Below are positions 12,660 to 25,189 of a stretch of DNA of 64,000 bases, in pieces (position 1 is the first letter of the stretch; every line of letters begins with the position of its first letter). A model generated the notes under the pieces. The model did not search any database. It was not told the origin of the DNA and was given only the letters and a program-made list of their open reading frames with translations. The stretch is from Vicugna vicugna (lineage: Eukaryota), in contig MU062839.1 in NCBI GenBank assembly GCA_013265495.1, positions 11,322,210 through 11,386,209 on the forward strand. The letters run 5' to 3'. The position numbers and the translations under genes are program-made.

Positions 12660-13185
12660 ACCAGTGGTAGGGGTGACCTGTTCTGGCTTTTCTCCTAAAA
12701 CCTCTCCGACTGTTCTCTCTGCCTCCTTGTCTTTTGCTGTATCCACCCTCAGGTGTTTTCCGCTTATACCTTCTCTTCAGAAAACTCATACATCCTCATA
12801 GCTTAACCATTAACTCCACCAGACAGTTCCTTTATCTATGCATCTAGTCTTCACCTTGAATATTAGTCTCTAATCTCCAGCTGTGACCAGCATTCCCGTT
12901 TGAATATACCGCTGCTGCTCGTAATTCAACCTGCCCAAGAATGTGCTCAAGGCTTTCCTACACAAACTCACCACCACGCCTGACACCCCTGGTCCGTCGG
13001 AGGCATAGTTCATCGACCACCGGAGTCAGCTTTGCCTTCCCTCCCTCCTTTACCTCACTCAGTAGGTCCTGTCAACTTCCTTAGGACCAAGTCCTCATGT
13101 CTTTCTTTATTTTCCATTTCTAGCACCTCAAGTCTAGTCCATCATTACTTCCTGAGTTATTGCTGCAAATTCCAAGAAAATATTT
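12660..13185 (+). mobile_element. LINE-2 relic
   Basis: Pyrimidine-rich sense L2 text (catagcttaaccattaactcc...aattcaacctgcccaag...ctagtccatcattacttcc). Confidence 0.65.
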
Positions 13186-16100
13186 TGACCTCTAACCCAA
13201 CTTTAATGAAATAATTTAGCATTATTATTGCAAAATTGAATGCATTTCTTTAAATAAGTGAAAACGAACTGAAATGTTAACAAGTGAAAAAATATTGTTC
13301 TTGAAAGTGTTTGCCTCTCACTTGTGGTTAAGTTGGAAATTCCTCCAAATATTGTCGTTATTTAAAAAGTCGAGGGGTTAGTGTTGGTGGGATGTCATAG
13401 GTATAAAAGGGAGTGTGTCAGGAACTGTAGTCTTGATTCTAGGAGATTCTATGCATCGAATGCATTTGAAAAGACCAGAGCAGGATGGGGTTAGGATGTG
13501 GAGGGGCACTTAAAAATGACTAAGAAAAGAAGCTAAAAATAGCCAGAAACACAGTGGAGCCCTGGAGCTCCCCAGGCACCATAGTCAGCCCATTCTCGGG
13601 TTGTGAGGACCGCTTGTTTGGCCCGCCTTCCCATCAGGCGGCCTCATTGTAGCTGCAAATTAGGCCGATTGAATTATTTGGCTGGGAGGCTCCTCACTAA
13701 AACAATTACGGAAGCTCTGCTTTAAGAGCCAAGAAAAGGGCAGCTTTTCCCAGTTGGAGACTTTGTCATCGGGAAGATTTTTCTGTCTGGGCTGGGTTGG
13801 AATCTCAGCTGGTTAAAAATCATTCCTTACCTGTCCCAAGGCAGGAAAGCCAGGCTGGGATTTCAAGGTATTAACCCAAGTGGAATCTCCATAGCGCGTG
13901 GACACTGTCCTCTGAAGGAATCCATTTCCAGCTGTGAGTAATTCAGGACTTTCAACCCACCAGACGCGGCTGGTGTGTACCTGGGACAGGAGGCTTTTGC
14001 ATCTGCACCGGAAGCACATCCTGTCCTCTGAGAGGCCCTGCATTAATGCTCCCGAAGGCAAGCAGGAAAACAGATCTGTTTTCTGGGCCAGATTAAAACA
14101 AAATGACTAAAAATGAAGCTTCCGTTCTGGGCAAAAAAAAAAAAAAAACCCAAAAAACACTTGCATTTAGAAAATTGGACCAAATGTTAGATGCGCTGAG
14201 CATCTGCAGCTAAGAATCACTAACCTGGGCCCCTTGTAGAGACGTGAGAAAAAAACTGATGTTGTGAAAAGAGAAAAGGAAAATAATAGAATAATTGCAA
14301 GAGTCTCTGCTTCCATCATCTCATAAATCCAGGTGAACATTAAGTATGGTTAGGAGCAGGTATGGGAGTGATTTACTCTGGGAGCCCTGCTGTGGCATTT
14401 GTGGGTTGTTAAGTTATTTCCATATTGATAAGGCTGAGGCCAGGAACTGGGATTCCGAACATTCCTCCCTCCATATTTCCAGCATGTTGGCTGTCGACTC
14501 AAACCTAGGGTGCAGTGACTGATTTTTAGCACCAGCACCCTGGAGGGACATTTTCCTTGTTCTTAACTCAACTACCACCAAAGCTCACAAGCCTAGGACA
14601 GTTTATGGAATAGTGGATTTTTTACCTCCCATGCCACATTCCTACACTTTGGGGAACTGGCCCTTCTGATGACCCAGAGGGGCTCACAAACTGGTTGGAT
14701 GGGGAGGAGGTCAGTCATTCCCACAGGGAGCTAGGCACAGTGTCACCTGCTGGGCCAGGATGATCCTCGCATCCCAGGTGTGATGGAATATTGGCTACAG
14801 TCTTCTCCAGAGCATCCCTGGGCTTCACTTTGTTCTTTGCTTTCTGGGATATTAAAGGCTATTTTTAGCCTGTTTGAACCTGTGGCTCTTCTGTGTGTTG
14901 GGGCCAGTTTCTCGTTAGGTGCTGGAGTGAAACAGAATGCCAGAAGGGCTTCCCTCTCAGCATCTCATCTCAGCACATGTTTTCTAATAAAATTCACTAG
15001 CATTGGCAGAATCAGATGGTTGTGTATGTAGATGATATTTTGACTTTTGACCTGAAGGCAAATGTAAGCTGTTTTATTGGGCAGCTTTGGAGCTAGAAGG
15101 ACGGATTGTCCCACCTGCAAGCTCTCCCTTCATTGTCTGGCATGGTGGGGGCTTCCTCAGTCTTCTCCGTGAAGTGAGGCGAACCCCGCATTTTGGGTTT
15201 AGTGTGGCTGCAACCACAGATGTCCCTGGGATCTGAGTTATGTGCAGAAGGCACTATCTGTTACACGAAAACTTTGAAAGTTGATCACACTGCTGATCGA
15301 ATTCTGCCTAAGTCAATGCTGGGCGCTGTCTTTCTCTCGGTGGCTTATATTTGGGTGGGGGCGTATTTGGGCCTGTAAACAGTCATGTCCCCAAAGAAGG
15401 CAAGCAGTCATGTTTTGTGTGCATGTTGGGTTGACTGACTACAGATGATGCATTGCTGGGCATTTTGAATCACAGCTGCTCTCAAAGAAGTCACTCTCTC
15501 CCTGGCTTCTGCCGGTATGATTTGTTATGCACAGAACTTAGGAAGTTAGTTTCCCAGAGGATTTATGAACATGAGGCTATTGCAGGATTCGTTGGCACAG
15601 TTGGCCAGGGCATTCCTATCCTTTCCAGAGCAAGCCTGGAATCCATGGTGCTCTTGAGTGTAAAGCGCAAAGTGTGAGCCCCAGCCTTCCAGCCCCATTT
15701 GGTTGGTCCCTAAGTGGCTGAAAGGGAACAAGACGGTCCAGAGTTCTGGCCACCCCTTTTGTGGCATTTTGTGCCAGAGTGTGATGAGCACTGTGATATC
15801 TCTGTGCTGCTGGTCCACCTGATAATAGCCTCCCACCCCATCCTGTGCTAATCACAATGGCCCCGGTGTGGATTGTGGAGAAGTGATGCAGAGTGTTGTC
15901 TGAATTCAGGACGAGAGCAAGAAATCCAGACTCCGTCCCATCACCTTCTAAAAGTCATGCATGACTTCATTTTCTTACCAGCAAACCAGGCCTTGGAGTT
16001 TTAGAAACATACATCGTTCAAACATCTTGATGTCTGGAGCATAGAAAATAAAGCTAATTCCTAGGTAGACAATGTAAGATTCACATATTACTGCAGCATC

Positions 16101-17830
16101 TCACCTTGAATGTTCTTTCTGATGTTGACTAAAAGAAGTGTTCTGAAGGGGGTCCTGGAAACAGAAATCCAAGTCCACTTTCACAGAGACAGTAAGGCAG
16201 TGGTAACCACGCTGCCTGAAAGAGCGCCTCTTCCCTGCACAGCAGGAGAAGGGAAATAGCTTCTTGTTCCAGATCTCTGCCAGATGTTTTTCTTTATTGG
16301 TATCATAATAACGCACATATACACGAGTACGTGTCTTAGGCAAAATGGTCCACCAGGCTTTGTGAATAATTCCTCGCCTTCCTGACCATTACCTAACACT
16401 GCCTACAACGTCCAATTCAACACCAGCTTTAACAGACATGTGATGTCCAAGTACAGCCCCCTGCTGCCCTCTGTGAAGGCAGCCGCCTGATTGACCCATC
16501 AGCTGGTTGTGAACGTAGGGGTGATTTCCCATTAGTGGTGATGGATTTGCACGAATCCGAACACACACTCCCTCCTGTGGACCGCCTTGTGACCAGAAGC
16601 ACATATTGCCAGACAGCTGGCCGGGGCCAGGGGTGCAGCCTGTGATCACGGGAGAGAGGAGCTGCTTTGACCTCATTAGTGCCGTTTTCCTAATTGAGTC
16701 TAACACTCACAGGCTGCAGCAACCTGGGCTGCAGCTCTGATATGAGGGACTGGTGTGTTTTCCAGAAAAACAACCTGTTAACAGCACTGATGGAACAGTC
16801 CCAGCACTCTTTTACCTCCTGAGATTTTGCATTTTGCCCTTCCTAACGTCTCCTGCCTTTTGACAAAAACCTCACGAAGCCACAGCAAACTTGCCTAAAT
16901 CGTGTACCAGTGGTTTGTTGCTGTTAAAGGACACTGAGACTGCATGTTTCTATTTCAGTCAAACTGAGAGGGGACGTGTAGAGAAAAGCCTGGGAAGTTC
17001 CTATAGGACAGGGGACGTCCTATATGTCTCTGATCTTTGCGGACAGGTTGGTGTTAGAAGGGAGAATATGAATGGGGCTTTGTGTGTACGTTAGGAATGG
17101 CTTGAAAGGAAGTTAGCCACTAAAATGCTTTCCTTGGATGCTTTGTGGGATTTATTCAGCTCATCCTCCTGGACTTACTGGCTTTTAATCAAAGAGTAAA
17201 TACCACTCCAACAGAGCCGGGCCCTGTGAGCATGAAATGGTTGACTCGGCGCAGTTTCAGACATCCGCTGATGGCTGACTGGGCTCATGCTCTTGTACCC
17301 AGTTCCTCCTCCTTCGTTTGGAAGTCCTTGCGCCGACTTCCTCATCCCTTCCCCAGGAGTTTGAGAAGCCCCTTTCATGTGTGCCACTGAGATCATCTGA
17401 CCTGTTAGCCAGCCCAAGAATGAGGTCCTGACCAAGATGACCAATATTTGCATTTGTCTTTCCATTAGAAGAGAAGAAAGAGACCAATTCTGATTCTTAA
17501 AGTGGTCCTCATTTGCCACACCCCCCTCCCGATCCCCGGCAGAGGTAACCTGCTCCCTGTGCCAAATGCCTTTCCCAACAGCTGTTTGGTGATTCTGTGT
17601 CACTGGGCTCACTGTAAAATCAGGCATATCCTTTTAATTACCTGTTCATATTTCAGCAATGCCGAGCTCCGTGGCACAGAGAGAAGGGATAAACCTTCAT
17701 TGTAATGGATTTTTAGTAAGACTATCTCGGAGATAAGAGTCCTAAATCTTGGCAGTCTCTTTGGAGCACACACTTTGTGATTGCACACAAGTTCTTGGCT
17801 CCCCAGAGCCATGCTGTAAGTGGAGTGCAG

Positions 17831-18043
17831 NNNNNNNNNNNNNNNNNNNNNNNNNNNNNNNNNNNNNNNNNNNNNNNNNNNNNNNNNNNNNNNNNNNNNN
17901 NNNNNNNNNNNNNNNNNNNNNNNNNNNNNNNNNNNNNNNNNNNNNNNNNNNNNNNNNNNNNNNNNNNNNNNNNNNNNNNNNNNNNNNNNNNNNNNNNNNN
18001 NNNNNNNNNNNNNNNNNNNNNNNNNNNNNNNNNNNNNNNNNNN
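17831..18043. other. Assembly gap (N run)
   Basis: Continuous Ns. Confidence 0.99.
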
Positions 18044-19064
18044 TGTGTCTCTCCGGTGTGGACTATTTATCTGTTTAAGTGGTATCACTTGTGTGGGAGC
18101 ATTTATCTCTTTAAGAGGGACCATCAATAAAAGGTGAAAGGAAAGGGGGAAGGAGAAAATGAGTGAGGGTGCCCGTTGCACAGTGCCTGTGTGTGTACGT
18201 GTGTATGCGTGTTTATGGTATCACAAAAGAAAGAGTCAAAAACCTGAGAACAGGAAACATCTCAATTAGAGCTTCGGAAGACTGTGGATTGGTCTTCACG
18301 TGGCATAAGGTAGTCATTTCAGCCCAGGTGGTTATAATACTATAGTAAAAGATTATCTGAATATGGTGGTGGGGGGGTGCACTGACATTCTGGTTACCTC
18401 ACTTCTCCCCCAGCTAGCAAAGGTCTGCCCCAGGAACAGGTCCCAAGGCTCTTTAATGAGAGCCATATTGGGGCTCCAACTCGGAGCCAAGCTCTGTTTA
18501 TCACTAATTGCAGGGGTGCCTTGCAGATCTTTTCTGTTATTTCCTGATTATACCCCTGCGCGTTTTATCATCTTGCCAAAATTCAAACAGTAATAATTGC
18601 ATGATTTATTGTTTATTTGTAACCCCTTCTACTGTGTCAATCACTGTATTTAATAGATTTTTAAAACAGCAATAGCTCTGACCAAATGACTGGATTTCTT
18701 TTACCTTCCGCAGAGAAGTTATTTCTTTGTGAGTCTCGCTTGGCATTCTTCAGAGCACTTCCATGGTCTTCCCTCTCCAGAATCCTGTGTTTCTGTCCAT
18801 AAAAATAAAGGCTGGTTTTGGTGCACAGAGAGAGCTTGCATACCAGGAAGATGTTTCAAGAAAGGATATTAATTTATCCCTCAGGATTACGTCCAGGTTG
18901 GGTTATATGAAGCCTAAGTTTCTTTCCACCTCCCAGTTTCCATGATTCTCTGAAAATGGAGTTTAGAGATAAAGATAAATGAAAAGCCCCTTTTATGCAA
19001 ATTAGGCATAGAGCAGAAATTTGACACTGGATTATTAGAAGTTGAGATTGTGAACTAGTAATAA

Positions 19065-19245
19065 TAAAATTCACTACCATTCATTTATGGGTTCCTACTG
19101 TTTGTCAGGCACGATCAGTTTTATTCCCTGATCGTTACAGCAATCTTATAGGTGTTTTTACCTTTATTTAACATCATAAGAAGTTAAAGCTTAACAGTTT
19201 AAATAATTTGCTGGAAGCCACAAAACTAGGAAGTTACAGATCTAA
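19065..19245 (-). mobile_element. MIR relic
   Basis: catttatgggttcctactgtttgtcaggcac...agtttaaataatttgctggaagccacaaaactaggaag. Confidence 0.65.
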
Positions 19246-20399
19246 TGTTTGTACATAGAGTGTCTGCTGGAAAATTCCTGTGCTTTCCGCTCCTTCAGAT
19301 CACCTCTTTTTATCTTCATTCCCTTACAGGCCCTGTGTACTTTAATATACGTGCTAATTTACTTAAAAACGAAAGTTCAGTGGAAGCTTTGCCAAACATC
19401 AGGCTGTGCTTGCTCTCCACAAATACGTGAAAAAACCTTGACTGCACTCACTCTATTCTGGTCTTTGAAGACTCTTCTGTCGGCCTCCAATCTCGACCCC
19501 GGATTTTCCTGTGTTCGGCGGCTGGGGCTGCAGCAGCACAGCTGGCCCTGAAAACTTGGTGGGGGGCGGTGGGGGAGGGGGGAGAGAAGAAGGCAGCTTC
19601 TCTCCATGATGCATTTTTCGATGTCACCGAGGTCATGTGATCCACCGCCACTGCCCTACTCACCAAAACACATAATCCCGGGTCCAAACCAGACATGGGA
19701 CCATCCTCTCATCTCTGGTGTTTTGTGAGTAACATCCTCCTGCTATGGAATATTTCCCTCCATGCCTGGTCCTAGTGACTACTGCTTTCCTGGAGTAAAA
19801 TGAACGTTTGTCGAGAGGAGCTGTATTTGAAGCTGACATTAGATTCTGATAGAGTGATGTGTGCTTGAATGACTGCCCCCAAGGAGAGCACGCTTAGGAG
19901 AATGCTGCCGTGACCTCTCAGGGCATTGCCTTGGGATTTGGGGTGGGGGTTGCTACGCTATTATTTCTGGGTGTTACCAGAGTTTGGGCAGTAGGATAAA
20001 GAGTCATTGCTGGTATATAGGCTGTGGCCAATGTTATATACTCAAACGTTGGATTTTAAAGGAAAGCCTTGCAGTGCTCCTTCCCTCCAGCCCCAACTTC
20101 CATTACTGGAAATGTTTCTATTATGTCCTCCCAATTCAATCAAACAAGCTTTTACTGAGGGTTTAATATGTCCCCAGGTGCTGTGTGATGTGGGGCAGGT
20201 ACAAAGGCTACATTCTGCTAGGGAAGCGGCTAGTCCAAGGGCATGGGGGAAAGTCTGGCTTTCTTGATGCATCCAAAGCTCCTCTGAGATCACATGTAAA
20301 GTAGAAATAGCAGTGACCGTGGCTACTCAGTTCAGCTGCATTTTCTTCAGGATCTGACCCTGACTTAATTTGCCAGTTTTCTCTTCTGTGTCATTCTCT

Positions 20400-20860
20400 C
20401 TCTTGTGTCTTTTTGGTCAGGAAAATGGACTGTCTCCCTTCCCTAAACCTGTCTGTGGCTTCCTCACCTCACTGTGTTTGTCCATACAGTTATCTCCACC
20501 TGGAAGATTTTTCCCCTCCCCTCATCTTTGACCAAATCAAACCCATCCATGAAAGCCTATGTCAGATGCCACCACCATGAAGCCCTCTCTGATTTCCCCT
20601 CACTCGATGCAACTTTGGCGTCCCCTGAATTCCCACATTGCTTTTCAAGCACTTCTTATGGCACTTCTACCTGCCTACCTTATGTTCTCAGACATGCTGC
20701 GTTCTCCTCTCTTTCGCTGGACTGTAAGCCGTGTTGTTTCAAGGCACCGCCTACCCTCTTCCATCATGCCCTGTACCATCACCTCACACATGGAAGGAGC
20801 TCCATGAAGAATCATTGGAATGGCTGAATGAATGAACACAGATGCGTGAATGAATGTCCT
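20400..20860 (+). mobile_element. LINE-2 3' end
   Basis: gtcagatgccaccaccatgaagccctctctg...ggactgtaagcc... ending gaatggctgaatgaatgaac. Confidence 0.75.
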
Positions 20861-21249
20861 CATACAGCAAGGTTACTTTAGCTGGTGTATCCAAGGCAAG
20901 GAGAACTGAAGTACCTTCTAAGAGAGAGGGCTCTTAAAGAGTTTCAGTATCTGTTTTATTTTCAAGAAAGTTGCTCATTCATGAAGGAGCTAAGATGACT
21001 GAGGATGAAAAATACCCAATAACATAGTTATTGGTTAATAGCCATACCACGTAGAGAATCATGAATTGAAGGCAAGAAGGTTTTGGATAAGAAATTCATC
21101 TACTTATTCAGCAAAGTTTTATATGTGACAGTCATTGGGATACAATAAGATAGCCCTCAAAACGCCTGCACTTATAATAAAAAGTGACAAATAGTTTGTG
21201 CCACAGTAGTATAATATGGGTAAGCTAAGGATTTCCTAACACAGTGGGA

Positions 21250-21278
21250 TGTGTGTGTGTGTGTGTGTGCATGTGTGA
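21250..21278. repeat. (TG)n microsatellite
   Basis: gtgtgtgtgtgtgtgtgtgcatgtgtg. Confidence 0.9.
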
Positions 21279-21299
21279 TGGGGAGAGTGGTAGGTTAGA

Positions 21300-21430
21300 C
21301 AGGTTAAGTACCCTAACATTATGAGCCTTGGTCTTCTCATCTGTAAAATGGGGATGATAATTATCTATCTCATAAGGCTTTGTTGATGGTAAGTGAAGCC
21401 TCCTGTGTAAAGCACTGTAACGTATATGCA
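21300..21430 (+). mobile_element. MIR relic
   Basis: Core cttctcatctgtaaaatgggatgataattatctatctcataagg. Confidence 0.8.
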
Positions 21431-22115
21431 GTGGTGTTCCATAATTCTTGTTTTCATCCCCTTCACTATATGATACCCAAGGATCAGAGGCAGCTGAGAT
21501 TTTAGTGCCAAATCTGGGATGGGAAACTAAGCAAATACTCTATGCCCATAATTTTTCCTGGACTTTAGGTGGTAGTTGTGACTCACAAGTCCCTTTCATC
21601 ACTGCAATGGACCGAGAGACTAAAACCTTCCAAAGGCTTTAGTCAAAACTCAGAGGTGGGTTTGATGTCTGTGATCCATACCCAGCAGGAGATAGTCTCC
21701 TGTTGTTACAGGTGATTTTTATATAAATCCAAAGTCTCGGGGCTTCCTCAACGTTTCCTTTCACGACCCAGGTAGTGAGTATACCACTGTTTATTTTTAG
21801 GAAGGTTTGGCAGATGTTGGCTAGGCTGACTTCCAGGTCAGAAAAAAATGTTCAAGGATGCTTTCTTCCAAGCAGTGAAATAGAAGTTCACATGGGACAA
21901 AATGAAATAAACCTTAACATCTTTAGAACACATTCACCTATTCCTCAGTTACATATCCACAAAAATGCTTATCTCACAAATACCATCTCACTTTGTCTTC
22001 TTTGGCATCTGAGTAGCTTCCTGGAAAGATGTGCTTCTTCCAATGTCTGGGTGTTGAGGACCACCAGAGTTTTGGTTACTGCAAAACACTGTTGGTAAAG
22101 AAAAATAAACCTGCA

Positions 22116-22240
22116 GTGGAGGACATAGCTCAAGTGGTAGAGCGCATGCTTAGCAAGCATGAGGTCCTGCGTTCAATCCCCAGTACCTCCTCTAAAAATA
22201 AAGAAATAAATAAACCTAATTACTTGCCGCTGCAAAAAAA
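22116..22240 (+). mobile_element. Camelid Vic-1-type tRNA-derived SINE
   Basis: gtggaggacatagctcaagtggtagagcgcatgcttagcaagcatgaggtcctgcgttcaatccccagtacctcc with Pol III A and B boxes, then tail tctaaaaataaagaaataaataaacctaattac...aaaaaaa. Confidence 0.88.
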
Positions 22241-23049
22241 CCCCTAGATAACTCTTAAAAAAAGAGTCCTAATAAAAATAATTTCCCAACTCAGAAATTA
22301 AATTCTTAATAAGAAAAGAAAAATAAACTCTCTTTTGGGCAGATCTCACATCAAGGTTGTGTTTGTGGTTTAGGCAAGTTTGGGTTGAAAGAAGAAAAGG
22401 GTATATGGGGCCATGTAGGCTGGCTGTGCTGGACATTTCAAGGCCAGCTATACACAAAAGAGGTGCTGCGTGCCTGCCAGTCCTGGTCCTTCTGGGATAG
22501 GTGTCCGGGAGAGAATATGGGTATGTGCATAGGCCCTGACTCATATGGTTCATTCATTGCTGTTTTATTTTCTGTCACACGTATTACAGACCTAGTGAGG
22601 CCCTCCATCCTCTACTTGTGGTATGCAATTTATTCATACCTTATTACTCCTGGGACAACAGGTGCTTAACCTCTGGACACAGACTCTGCACCCCCTACCA
22701 GCAATGGGAAAACTATGAAATATTAAATCCATGATGGTGGCAGGATTTTGACTCTTTCACCTTGTATCCAAGGAGGGCAACTCATCAGGAAGTTTGAGCT
22801 GAGACATGACGTTACACCCTGGCCAGTTGCAGTGAGGCATGCCCAAGTGGGCTTTTCCAGTTTCCAAGAACTAGTTTGGAACCATCACAACCACAATTAC
22901 TCTTATCCCTTCCTAAGTAAAAGCTGAAAGACCAACTTTCTGCCCCAGTAAAAGCCTGTCCTTCTGTCTTTCCTTTTGCTACTGGAACCAAATAGCCAAA
23001 GGTCAGTGCCGCACCAGTACTTCTGATTCAGGGTTTGCTAAAACACCTT

Positions 23050-23205
23050 CACTGGAAAACTCCTCCTGCAAAATATGCTGCATCACCTGGGAATCTGCTA
23101 AAAAGACAAATACTGGGGCCCGGAATTCAATAAGTCTGGGTGTGGCAAGTTCCAAAGTAACAGTAATACCGTGGGTCTGAGAACCGTACTTCGCAAACTG
23201 CTGTT
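23050..23205. mobile_element. MER5A-like hAT-Charlie MITE
   Basis: catcacctgggaatctgctaaaaagacaaatactggggcc...gtctgagaaccgtacttcgcaaactgctg. Confidence 0.65.
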
Positions 23206-23269
23206 CTGAGAAACTGCTCCTCTAAGAATTCCTTTGTCAAGATGTTCACTGTTTGTTTATTCTTACCTT

Positions 23270-23450
23270 TCTCTGGGGGATTCACAATGTACATTGGCAT
23301 TTTAAAGGCTTAAGGAGGTCCTGTGTGAAAGAAATTTCATCCAACCTGCCATTTTTCTAACATACTATTTGACCACAGAACCCTTTTCTTTCTGTGGAAT
23401 AGCTGTCAACACCCTCTGGGGCCATAATCCTTTGGAGCCAACTTTGCACG
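23270..23450 (-). mobile_element. hAT-Charlie fragment (Charlie4z-like)
   Basis: ggattcacaatgtacattggcattttaaaggcttaaggaggtcctg...tatttgaccacagaaccctttt; subfamily assignment from memory. Confidence 0.55.
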
Positions 23451-25189
23451 ACTGCAATGGAAAGAGCTTGAGATGTCCTGACTTACTGGTCTTGTGGCCT
23501 TCCCAAGTCACCTACCTCTTCTGAGCCTCCATTTCTATCTACCTTGTAAAGTTAAAGTGTAAAGGGTCTAGCCTTGCATATAGAATATACTTAACAAAGG
23601 GAGAGTGTGTTTTGTCTAGTTCATGCTAAAGCTATGTTGACATTTGTTCTGCCCATACTCTCTTTGAATGTACTGTCGCTTCTGGACATTGTGATGTATT
23701 TGTGGGAGGAGGTAAACTCTGCCATCTTGAAGATTCTCCACTTCAGGGCATTTGGAATGTGTCCAAAGATTTCTGAAACCCGGGCCCATGGCTTCTGTCT
23801 GTCTTCAGGTGAGCAGATCTTCTTGACACGGGTTCTAATTGAGTCAGCACCAGCTGTTCTATAATTGTCAAGGGGGATTTTTTTCATAATAAAGAAACAC
23901 ATCCAGCAGGATAGTTTTTGAGGATGCGCTGACATCAAGAATATGCAGCATTTTGATTCTAAATTATGTGAAAGTGGTGTATAAGCTTCAATGTGCTATA
24001 AAAATGAGTGATTGTGATTATACTTATTATTACCCTAGTGAACATTTTAGGTTTAAAAAAAAGACTTGCAGTTGTAGAATTGGTGTGTTTCTCTGTAAGG
24101 GAACAACATGGTATTTTCAAGGAAGAATGTAATATTTCTTTCCCTTCTTTGGCCATCCTCTGACCATTATCCATCACAGAAATCTCTTTGGGGGTACCTC
24201 TACAACTTTATGGGCTATTCTGGGCCTATCACATCAAAGCTGGATCTCAGAGAGGCAATGAGAGGGGAGAGCACTGAGTGACTTTTTAGTAAGTCCCCAT
24301 AACCAGAGAAGCCGCCCAGTCTTTCTGACACAGCAAACTTGGAGGCAGAGGAAAGTGATTTATGAGGAAAGGCAACAGATTCCTGGTTCTTCTGTGGGGG
24401 CAACTAGGAAGCTATGGTCTGGAGCATGCAACTGGTTTCCGTAACTTAATTGTGTGACCAGCTGGCCCCCTGGAAGGAGATGGGCTCTGACAGTTCCAGA
24501 ATGCAGGGAAGACGTGAGGCTCAGCAAAGCCTGAGGCTCAGGGAGTGAATGCTGAGGGCAGGAAGGGAGCCTTCTCAGCACGGCTCCCTGCAGAGAGCCC
24601 TGCTGGCAGGCAGAAAAGGGTGGATCAGGAAAGTAGGAAAGGAGTGAGACAAGGGGAAAAAAAAAATCACAGATGTCCCAAGTTTCCACAATTTTATCAA
24701 AAAATTTTCCATGACTCATCTTGTGACTTTTCACAAATTTAATATGATAAAACCACTGCCCTAAGCATAATTAAACTGCAATTACCCACAGCTAAGAGGG
24801 TGGTGCGTTTTAATCAACCCCTTCATTCCCTCAACCACCCAATCCAAGGTCGGGAAAATAAAGAACAAAAGTTGTCTCTCTCCCGTCTTCCACTCTTGTT
24901 CCCCGGGCTCTAGGGCCCTCTCACAGGGGGAGCAAAACTGAAGGCGGTCCAGAATAATTTCCTCTCACTCAAAAGTAGTGAAATAAAGTGAAAACCACAT
25001 AGAGGGAGCTGGAGGACTATGGTTTTTGCTTGTTTGTTAGCTCGGCCCAACTTCGGGATACTTTCAGCTCCAAAGGTAATGCAGACTAGACGCTCCGCAT
25101 TCCCTTGCCATATGGTGGTCTGTCAGGGGAGTTGTCCTGACGGTGGGGATGCTTGAAACACTTGATAACAGCACTGGCTGTTTCTTGCG

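Noticed and set aside
17002-17024. 8-bp inverted repeat TATAGGAC/GTCCTATA
   Set aside because: Short stem within chance expectation.
17609-18181. Long ORFs spanning N runs (also near 37.5, 44.8, 47.8, 50.0 and 61.3 kb)
   Set aside because: Artefacts of translating assembly gaps.
21377-21388. 12-nt in-frame microexon candidate with ATG|GTAAGT donor
   Set aside because: Lies inside a MIR and the acceptor has no real pyrimidine tract.
22116-22190. tRNA gene call (also 49716 and 61182)
   Set aside because: Mismatched stems and SINE-type A-rich tails indicate tRNA-derived SINEs.
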